Origin: Camelus dromedarius
Lineage: Eukaryota
DNA: 64,000 bases
Direction: 5' to 3'
Assembly (NCBI RefSeq): GCF_036321535.1
Contig: NC_087447.1
Location: 434,001 to 498,000, forward strand
Part shown: positions 1-9,800 of the stretch, piece by piece
Position numbering within the stretch: position 1 is the stretch's first letter
How the letters are laid out: the number at the start of each line of letters is the position of its first letter
Notes under the pieces: generated by a model
Database searches by the model: none
Told to the model about the DNA's origin: nothing
The model's input: the letters and a program-made list of their open reading frames with translations, nothing else
Program-made: the position numbers and the translations under genes

Positions 1-1756
1 TGAGGCCACCACAGTGCCCAGCACCCTGGGTGGCCAGGCCGTGGGTGGGGCGCCCGTGGTGAAGGAGGAAGGTCCTTCTCAGAACCCCTTGCTACGGGCT
101 AAGGCTCTGGTGAAGAGAGTCACCTGGAACCTCCAGGAGGCAGAGAGCAGTGCCCCAGCCGAGGACAGAGGCCTGCGTGAGTAGGCACTTCCCAGGGTGG
201 GGGGTTGGCGTGTGGTCTTCTCCCTGGGTGGCTCACGGGCCTCCTTCACACAGAGGGATGGCTGCGGCCTGACCAGTGGTCCTTGCTGCTGGGATGCTTT
301 TCTGGAACTTTCTAGCCAGGAAGCAGCCTTCTGGCCTGGGGTGGCCACAGAACACTCACCCCTGCTGTTTTGGCCCTCAGGGATGCCGCTCCACAGACCA
401 CAGAAGCCCCGGGAAGGGGTCCGGGAAACCGAGGACGTGGGCCCCATGGCTGCGTTCCAGCAGGCACCTTTCTCTGAGTCCCTTCCCCCTGGTTACGTGC
501 TTCCGGACTCTGGCTTTCCCGATGCCAACCCCTCTCAGGTGGGCGCCTAGACTGGAGGGACGTGGCCTCGTGCCCAGGCCATGCTGGCTGGGCCAGGTCG
601 GGGCTGAAGACCTCATAGTGCCACCCCCTTTCTGCCATGGCTCTGACTGGGGAGTAGGGTGGCGAGCGCGGTGCCGGGAGCTCTACAGAGGCTGAGTGGG
701 ATTTGTTCTTGCCCAGGTATATGGCCCTAACCTGCCTCCCGCCCTGGCTCTGCCTCTGAGCATCCCGCCCTACGCACCTGTCAGCCAGCCCATGGTCCAG
801 TTCATCCTGCAGGGGAGCCTTCCCCTGGAGGGCTGTGGGGTGGCTCAGAGCCCAGCCCCTGTACCCGCCATCCTGACCACAGCCTCAGAGCCACCTGGCC
901 ACGCGGCCGCCACTGCCACCACCACTGCCAACAACTCTGAGGAGAGGACAGCTGCTCCCAGGCCAGCCTCAGAGAAGGCCAAGAACGAGGAGGTGAGTCC
1001 TGCCCCCCTCCCTCCAGGGGCAGGATGATGGGAAGCCTTGTGCCTCTGGCCAGAGGGCCCTCTAGGCCTCTAGGTGGGTGTCACATGCATGTTCTCACTC
1101 CCAGTACATGAAGAAGCTGCACGTGCAGGAACGGGCCGTGGAGGAGGTGAAGCTGGCCATCAAACCCTTCTACCAGAAGAGGGAGGTGACAAAGGACGAG
1201 TACAAGGACATCCTTCGCAAGGCCGTGCAGAAGGTGGGCTTGGCAGTCGCCACCTGGGGGGCCGAGACCCTGCCTGCTGACACTCTCGGGGGTCCGTGAG
1301 CATGGAGAAGGGTGCCCCAGGCCAGCCCGTCTCCCTGTAGCCGCACCGCATAGGCGGTCATGGGGGCTCACGGCAGTGGTCTCATGACTTGTTAAATAGA
1401 CCGAGTAGCATGAGGTGTGGGAAAGCAAGACTCCGAGAGATGACCCGTTCTCCAGCCCAGGGTGGGGTTCGTGGTCATGATGTGCTGGCCCGGCTCTATG
1501 GAACCCTCAGGCTGCCCATTGTCCCTCACGTGGTCCCCAGGGCCCAGTCACTGTGGTCACTGAACATGTGGGGTGTGAAAGGACATCTGTGTAACTGGCC
1601 CCCCCCCCCCAGATCTGCCATAGCAAGAGCGGGGAGATCAACCCGGTGAAGGTGGGCAACCTGGTGAAGGCCTACGTGGACAAGTACCGGCGCATGCGCA
1701 GACACCGGAGGGCCGAGGCCAGCGAGGAGCCGCCTGCCCCGGGCCCCGAGGGCTAA
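1..1756 (+). CDS. PHRF1: PHD and RING finger domain-containing protein 1, 3' part only (last 5 coding exons: <1-176, 381-538, 717-992, 1105-1233, 1613-1756)
   Basis: Spliced frame is continuous with GT/AG junctions: ...[12 protein letters not shown]...[70 protein letters not shown]..., stop TAA at 1754-1756. This matches the PHRF1/SCAF1-type C-terminal domain as I recall it. The 5' part lies upstream of the window. Confidence 0.96.
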
Positions 1757-2483
1757 GGCCTGCCCAGCGCCGTCCTGGCTGGAGTGGAGGAAGCAGAAAA
1801 TTCTGGGGACACCCAGAACTGTTTTCAGGGTTCCTGTGATCACACGTGGTCTGTGCACCTGTCCTGTTCACAGTTTAAAACTAGACTTTTTTTATTTGTA
1901 CATTATAGATACACACTGTTCCCACTGTGTTCTAATTTATCAAAAATGGATTATCTTTAGAGATGTCTCAGTTGGCTCAGTACTTGAAAGGTGAACTTTG
2001 TGACCAAGGAAGGTCCTGGGCCAGAGGTGCGGGGAGGTTTCCTCGACCCCCTCACAGGCAGCCTCCCCCAGGCAGCCATCTGTGCGCCTGGCCCTTGTCC
2101 AGGGAGCCCTTATACCATCCCTGTTACGCTCTGTAAAGAGTTGCTGAAGCCTATACTCAGCTCCACTGAGGCAGAGTGGTGTTGGCAGATTTCAAAGGCC
2201 AGGGACAGCCCCTAGGTGCAGCACAGAGGCCCTGCTCCCGACGGAGGGGCCCCAGTTGCCACCTGGCAGGGAGAGCAGAGTGTCTGTGTCCTGAGGGACA
2301 GTGGGGATCTTTGCGTAGTTTGTTGGCTCTAAAGTGGGGCCTGAGTTTCTTCACTGTGAAAAGAGTGGGGTGCTCCCTCCTTGGGCCCCCAGGAAGTGGG
2401 GTGAGCTTGAGTCCACGGTGCCTTTGCTGAGCCCCAGCCCCAAGCCCACCTCTGATCAGGACACAATGCTGGCTCTTGGGTTT

Positions 2484-5045
2484 CTACTGGACCCCGAAGG
2501 GGCCGGGGTCCGCCCTAGGCGGGCTGCCCCACTCCATCAGGAAGTGCTCCAGGAAGTGCTCTAGGTCGTCATAGAGGCTGTCAGAGCTGGACAGGCAGAG
2601 GCCGAGGCTGCCGCTGTCCAGGGAGGACACGCCTTCACGCTGCACGCCCTCCAGGTATGCCCGGCACAGCCATGGCTCCAGCTGTGGGGAGGGCGCTGTC
2701 AGGCCCGGTGGGGCTGTGTGCAGCCCCACCCTGGGGACCCCTGCACCTCACCTTCACGAGGACCAGGTTCTTCTCCTTGGGCCTCACCACCGACAGGTCC
2801 TGGCCAAAGCCCAGGTAGATCGTGTAGTGTGGGGAGCCTTGGCGCCGGCGGGCACGGAACTCCCCCAGCTCTGCAGGACAGGACCGGGCTCTGGTGAGCA
2901 GGGGGCGGGGGGTCAGGCTGGGAGGACCTCAGCCCCAGGGCAGGTGCTTCACTGACCTTGAAAGAAGGTGCCGAAGTCAAAGATGGGGGTGTTGCAGTCT
3001 CGGGGCAGCAGGCGGGCTGGGGTGGAGGGGCTGGCAGAGCCCAGGGGCCCACCCACTTCCCAGTAGACCTTGCATTTCCCCTGGCGCCGGGCCCACAGCC
3101 ACGGCCCCCGGAGCTCCAGCTGCAGGCCAGGGGCCACGTGCTGCAGCAGCTTCTCTGTGTAGTGCAGCTGCTTCTGGTCGGGCAACTCAGCAGGGCTGGG
3201 GAAGGCCACACGCTGGGGCTCTGCAGCCTCAGCAGCCAGGCTGGGGGAGCCATACAGGAGCACACAGCCTGGGCGCCCCACCACCTCCTGCAGCACTGTT
3301 CGGCCCTTGTACATGATGGTCAAGTCCAGGGCCCCCAGGCTGGGCTCTTCGTGCAGACAGACCTGGGAGCACCTGGGACCAGCCGGGTGCTCACCTGCCA
3401 TTGGGGTGCAGGCACCAGAGGAGGGTGTCGTGCCAAGCTCCACGTCTGGGAGCTGTCTGGGCTCTGGGGCCAGGGTGGGCCCTGCAGCTAGAGAGAAAGG
3501 CCTAAGCTGGCACCTGGTCTCCCAGCTCCTCCCTCTTCCACAGGTCTCTGGCTCCTTTTCCCCATAATCTTGGCCTAGGGCAGTAGCCACAGGCCGGTGG
3601 CCACTCCCACTCCCTGGGAGGAGCTCTGGGCCTGACCTGAGGAGGATCAGCTATACTGGCCCACCTGTAGCCCGCACCATCCCTACTGGGCCTCCCTCTC
3701 CCCCAGGCCCTGCCTCCTCTCTCCCCTGCCTGCCTCTCCCCTTGGCACAGAAGTCTGCAGGACAGAGCACCCCCCTCCAACACAGCCCCTTACCAGGAGC
3801 CTCTCGGGGGATCGGATCCGCCCCCAATACAGCTTTCAACAGATGGTCCTCCAGGGAGCTCTCCTGCAAAGCCTGGAGCAAGAGGTCCCCAGCGTGCTCA
3901 CTTGGGTTTGCAGTGCAGGGCTCAGGGCTTAGCCAGGCCGGTTCATGCCCTGGCCTCTCACCAGTATCTGCTGCCTGGCATGGCCCAGGAAGCCCATCCT
4001 GCAGGGGAAGACAATGCCAGCTTAAATAAGCAGCCCCCAGCCCCAGCAAGAGCTGGCAGCCCTTGCTTGACCCAAGGTCCAGGAGGGCAGAATAGCCTTA
4101 CCCTTGTGAGTGGGGCATCTTCAAGGGCTTTGTCCTCCCCCTGGTTAATGCCTGGGTCTTCTGAAGAAGAAAGGTTTGGAGAAACACTGGGACCTGACTC
4201 TGGAGTGGACTCCTGAGTGTGAACCCCTGGGCAGCTCCTCACAGCTGGAACGTGCACCTCTCCTTCACTAGTCCCAGTAAGCTCATCAGCTTCCTCCCAG
4301 TGATCCCCTTAGCAGTCCCCAGCAACCTGGCTCCAGCCTCTCCCACGCTAGTCTCTAAAACCAGAAATCTGATGCAGCACCGCTCCCAGGACAGAGCAAA
4401 GTCCCAAGGCCCTCCGAAGCACATTCCACTGCGCCCAGCCCATCCTCCTGCAGCCCTCCTGGGGCTTTCCTCACCTCTGCACCCCAGCTCAGGGCTGATC
4501 ATGTACACCTTATGCGGGTCGGTAGGGTCAGCTGAGTTGTCTTGCAACATCACGAAGCGCCCAGTGCTGCGCAGGGCGCAGCGGAAGTTGGTTTTCCAGG
4601 AGGCTCGGAGCGCACCCTCGTTGGATGACCTGGCACCGCTGCTGCAGGGCGGCCACCTGCCGCGGGCCACGGCCCAGGCCTGGGGATTGAGAGGGAGTGG
4701 AGGACGTGGCCTGGATCCATGGATCTGGGGCTGCCCTACCCCTACCCCCGGGTCCCCGGCGGGATTGCGGTCCCACCTTAAAGATGCGCGAATCTGCTTC
4801 ACCCAGGTCCTTTCGCGCGAAGTGCTTCCAGGGCACGCGGAAGCGCGTTCGGGCAGCGTCCAGCCACCGTAGCCCCTCATAGCGGCCGCTGCTGACCTCG
4901 GCCAGAAGCCAGTCTCCGAAGAGCACGCGCGGGGCCCCACTGCAGACAGGGCAGCCGGGTTATCAGGGCGCGCGCAGGCCGCCGGGTGCGTGGGGTCTGC
5001 ACCGGGCAGGGCGGGGAGCTCTCACCTGTCCTGAGCCACGGCCAT
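2484..5045 (-). CDS. IRF7: Interferon regulatory factor 7; 8 coding segments: 5045-5026, 4939-4777, 4679-4475, 4160-4102, 3998-3794, 3487-2957, 2870-2752, 2681-2484 (~499 aa)
   Basis: IRF DNA-binding domain with Trp repeats ([35 protein letters not shown]...WKTNFRCAL), IAD ([16 protein letters not shown]) and serine-rich C-terminus ([20 protein letters not shown]). All junctions are GT-AG and phase-compatible. Confidence 0.97.
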
Positions 5046-5870
5046 TGCTCCCTCTGCAGGGGGTGGGCGGGGAAGAGCCGGCGCACCCTCCGCGGCGAGT
5101 GTTGTCACGGGCGCAGAGTCAGGTACTACCGCAGGTGAGAAGAAGGTTGCGAGTGTGGCCAGATGTCACCGGTGTTGAGGATTACAGATGGGAATTGATG
5201 GCTGATGGCCACGACGTTGCTCGAGTGTGAGTCCTGGCCAAAGCGGTGATAGGTGTGACTACAGATACGGCGAGCGCGCGCACGAGGGGCCACAGGTGTC
5301 GAGCCGGCGGCCGGGTAGGCCCTGCGGGGGCGCGACGGAACTGCCGCAGGAAAACGAAACCTCACGTTGCAGGAAAACAAAACCTAACCCACTGGGCCGC
5401 GGGGCTGGCAGACGCCCCTCTCCCTTCCCCTCTCGCCCACCCCGCAGGTCCTCAGCGACCGTGACCCCCGCATCCAGTTCCCCCAATTCTGGATCCGTGC
5501 CCCGCCGCCGTCACCCGCGCTGCCTGCCCCCTCCCGGCCACTGCTCCACGGAGCGAACGCGTGGTCCGACGCGGCCGTCACTGCCCCTCTGCTTCCGCGT
5601 GAGTCCCGAGTACCTGGCGCTGAAACGACCGGAGCACGAAATCGCATCTCCGAACACGCCAAAGCAAGCGCTTTTATGCTGGCGAGGCCGGGGGCGGGGC
5701 CGGGCTGCGCGGAGCTCCAGGTGCAGCAGAGGAAGTCACGTGCTCCGGCGGGCGGGGGCGGGGCCGCAGGGGGTCCTGGCGGCCCGCCTGCACAGCCGCT
5801 GCCGGGTCCAGCCGATGCTCTCCCTCACCCGGCGCTCTAGGGGACTGGGGCTCCCGCACCCGACGTGGTG
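4850..5870. promoter_or_regulatory. CpG island / IRF7 promoter with GC boxes and an ETS + E-box composite (GGAAGTCACGTG, 5731-5742)
   Basis: Dense CpG; GGGGCGGGGC motifs near 5691 and 5752; located upstream of the IRF7 ATG. Island limits are approximate. Confidence 0.7.
5346..5391. promoter_or_regulatory. Tandem ISRE/IRF-E-like elements in the IRF7 5' region
   Basis: GGAAAACGAAACC at 5349-5361 and GGAAAACAAAACC at 5372-5384, within a 23-bp direct duplication. IRF7 is an established interferon-inducible, autoregulated gene. Confidence 0.75.
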
Positions 5871-6786
5871 GGACAGGCAGTGGGATAAGCTGGGGCTCCA
5901 GGAAGGAAACCCGCACTTCGCTGAGCAGACAAGTGGGTGATGAGGGTGCGGGGGAGGAGCGGCAGCTGTGTTCTTTGGGTTCTTACCAGTGAGAACTGCT
6001 CAGGCAAGGTACTCAAATACGGTCGAGATTAAAATATTTGGAAAGGAATTCGTAATGCCTTTTCATGAGGAAAAACGCCAGTGACCCTTGAGGGAGGGTG
6101 GTAGTCGGGGCGGAAGTCCTGCCTGAAGTCCGCTCGTGCGGAAGCCAGCGGAGGGGGCTCTGTCCCCAGTCCCTGGCCCTGGGTCCCCCCACTGCCTGCC
6201 TCGACCCTGTGCCGCACACCCGCCACCCCTGTGCCCGTGGCCTGAAGGCCACTGTCGCACTGGGTGGGCCACACCCCCACCCCCAACACCGCGGGTCACA
6301 GTCCAGGCACCTGGATTAGTGGGGCGCCACGGGGTGCTTACTGCCCACACTGTAGCCCACAGGCGTACGGCTGTGACCCACCGGAAGGTCCCCAGGACCT
6401 TGCTCTCCCAGATGAGTGTTCCCGAGGGTGGCCCCTGGCCAGGTGGCTCCTCATCCTCCCCCACGGGAAGAATCTCCGTGGTGGGTCTGGAGGTCAAGGT
6501 CCCCCCTCCTCGGCGGTGGTTAGACCAAGAGAGGAACTTCCTGGCCACCACCAGCTGCTACCAAGCCTGGGAAGCCCCGTGGCCCCGCGGGCACAGCAGG
6601 TGGTTTACGGGAAACAGCGCCGGGCGCTCTCGGCTGGCCGGACGCGACTCCGCCCCCGCTGCGCACCCGGCGTGTTCCCGGAGGACTCGCTGCCCGGCGC
6701 TGAGCGAATGGGCCTCGTCGCGACCACCCCCACCGGCAGCCGCTCGGGGAAGGCCCTACACACCGCCGCAGATCTAAAAATGTCAC

Positions 6787-6792
6787 TTTATT
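6787..6792 (-). terminator. CDHR5 polyadenylation signal AATAAA
   Basis: TTTATT on the + strand, ~70 nt downstream of the CDHR5 stop codon. Confidence 0.8.
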
Positions 6793-6862
6793 CTGCGCAA
6801 TGAGGGGACGGGGAGAAGGGCCAGGCTGACTCGGGTCCAGAGGGGGAGGCGGGGAGGCCACG

Positions 6863-9800
6863 CTAGAAGTAGATGGAGTCGGCGCCTGGCGGGTCCTCCG
6901 TACCCCTGCCCGGTCCTGCGTCCGAGCCCGCATCGCCGCTGCCCTCGCTGCCTGAGTCGCCCGCGCCGTCTGCTTCCGATGCGGGCTCGTTGAGGACCAC
7001 CACGTCGGCCTCTGCCCCGATGTCCTCGCCAAACCACACGGCCTTGTAGCCACCTTCAGGGCGCCGCTCCTTGGTCAGGATGGACCTGACGGCTGCAGGG
7101 TCTTCCCCATCCCGGGCCACTGCTGGGGACTTGGGGACATGATGGAGGGTGGCAGGGCTGGGGGATGTGGGCCCCGGGGTCACAGGCTCTGGGGTTGGGG
7201 GCCGGCCGGGTCTGGGTGAGGGGCTAGGGGCCGGTGCCCAGTTAGCCTCCTCGCTGACGAAAGCCTGGTTGTCAAAGCCTTGGGGCTGGGGCTCCTGGGG
7301 CAGAGGGAGCCAGAGGTCAACCAAGCCTGCCCTGGCTTGGCCCAGCCCTCCCCTCCCCAGAGACAGGACACTAGTCCCTCCCTGTGCTCTGCCTCTCTCT
7401 GGCCCCTTCCCATCCTTTGGACTCCACCGCATCACTCCTCTCCTGGACTGACTCCTGGTTTCCATCCCGCAGCCTCTCCACTGCCTCCCAATCTGTTGCT
7501 CCGTCCTCTTGATGCCTATCTCGGCCTGCCTGTTCACTCTCCTCTGTCTCTCAGTTGGCCCTCTCCAGTCCTGTTCCCAACCCAGGGCCTCACCAGAGCT
7601 TTGCCAGAGCAGCACTTGAGTCGGTGGCCGTAGAGCTTGTGGACCAGGACCATGAGGGCGATCAGAGCCAGAAGGAGCAGCGCCCCCAGCACCCCACCCA
7701 GCGCCGCCATCTCCACTGCTGAGAAGCGCTGGTCCCCACTTGGCTTGTTTGTAGTGCTGCCTCCTCCTGCCCCAGACGTCCCTGCTGACACCACCACTGC
7801 CCCTTTACTGCCACACCCCAGGCACGCCCGTGCCAACCTGTGGCAAGCTCGGGACCCCCTGAGAACAAGCAGGCCTGGTTCTGGGGAGTGGCACTTTTGA
7901 TTCCCCACAAAGGAGCTGTGTGTTCCCCAGGAGCCCGATAGGCCAGGCTGCTGAAGGGGGCGGGGAGAAGGGGGTCGGAGGCCACCAGTTCCAGGTGGAA
8001 GGCAGGGGGTCCAGTATCACAGGAAGGGGTATGAGGGCCATGTGGGGCCACTGGGGTGAACGGCCCCAGAATTGAGGGGTTCACTGGATCCCAAATCTGG
8101 CCTCTGTCCCGCCCTCCACACGCCTTCCCTAGTTCACGTCCTGGGCTCCCCCAGGACCTGTCTGTCCCCCAGACCACAGCAGACCTCTCCTTGAGGTTTC
8201 ATGGTCTGTATGGTCACACCAGGCCGACCTGGGGCGGACCCTGCCCTACACTGGCCACCTAGAGTCAGGTGGCATAAGGGTGACTCTAGGGCAAATAGAG
8301 GTGCTACCTGAGGACCAGGGGGTCCTGCTGGGCCCAGGGGACGTCAGCGGAGAGGTTCCTGGTTTCGAGGTCTGTGCTGAGCCCCCACTGGGTGAGGCTG
8401 GTGTTGGGGAGGGGCTGGTTCCCGCACTGGAGGGCCCCCCAGGCATGGAGGAGGCAGATGGCCTCAGAGTTGTGCCTGAGGAGGGGTACGGGCCAGGACC
8501 CCCTCCAGAGCTGGTCGTGGAGGGCCCCTGAGAGGGTGCAGGGGGCCCGGGGACTTCCAAAGTGGTGCTGCTTGAGGGTCTGGTCGTTCCGGCCGTCTCT
8601 GGGGATGTGGGGGAGTCGGGGGGGCCTGGAGCCAGGGACAGGGCTCGGGCTTGCCACTGTCCCCAGCCAGAAGCCCTCCCTGCGCCAACCTGGGACCCCC
8701 GGGAGGCCTACCTGTGGGGGCGGGCTCCTGTTCTGAGACTTGAATCTCCACGACTGTAGTCGCTGTGCCTGAGGTCACTGTGTTCTTGGCCTCAACCTGG
8801 GCAGAAGAGGGCTTGTCCCTCTTGGGCCCCACCTTAACCCCCGCCCCTGGAGATACTGCCCACCCCTCACCTCTGCATAGAAGACGCCGGTGTGCACCAG
8901 CAAGGCGTTGGTCAGCACTGCCTCCCCGTCCATTCGGAAGTTGGAGTTGTTGGTGATTTGATACGTGATGGCCGAGTTGAGGTCCTGGACACGGCCCCAG
9001 TGAGTCCTGGGTCCAAGCTGCTTCCCAAACTCCCCGAAGCCACCCCCAGAGGAAGGCCAGGCAGACCCAGGGACACGACGGTGCCTACTGGAAACTCAGG
9101 GTCCTGGGCCCGGATCCTCAGAGGCTGGGAAGGGGCAGCTGCATCCTTGACGGCCACGCCCACCCCAGAACCACGTGCCACGGTGCCGCGGTACAGGCTC
9201 TCGGGGAAGCGGGGCAGGCTCCCGTTGGCATCTCGGGCCTCCACCGTGACCTGGGTCACGGAGTACCGGCCGTGGTCTGCCTGCTCACCCTGGGGGTGGG
9301 GGAGGCAGCAGTGACCAGCAGGTCCTTCCAGGGGAGCCCTGCAGCCTGTGGCCCAAGAAGGGCCCCTGGAGACCTGGCCTTATGCAGGCACTCACCTTGA
9401 CCACCAGAAGGAAGGTCTTGGGGCTGGGGACACTCTTGCTCATGGTGAGGTTGCCTGTGCTGGCATCAATGGAGAATGTGCCGTCCTCATGTCCTGGGAG
9501 GATGGAGAGATGCTTGGGCCCCGGTACCCTCCGGAGGCCTGAAGTCCCAGGGTCCCAGCTGGCTCTGCCCACGTGGCCAGCCCCCTAGAGGGGAGAGAAG
9601 CTGGGGGGCTGGTGCTCACTCACCCTTCATGAAGCTGTAGACAATGGGCTGGCTGATGGCCCAGTCCCCGTCCACGGCATAGATGGGCCCGGGCTGCAGG
9701 ACAAGGGCGCCTGGCTGCGGGATTGGGGAGGGGAGGGAATGCCGTGGAGCTGGTGCCGTGGCCTCGGGCCCCTCCCGCACCCCTCCAGGAGGTCTGGAGT

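Noticed and set aside
6136-6777. 213-aa + strand ORF (and overlapping 162-179 aa ORFs) between IRF7 and CDHR5
   Set aside because: Pro/Gly/Arg-rich low-complexity translation, expected from stop-poor GC-rich DNA; no recognisable domain or splice support.
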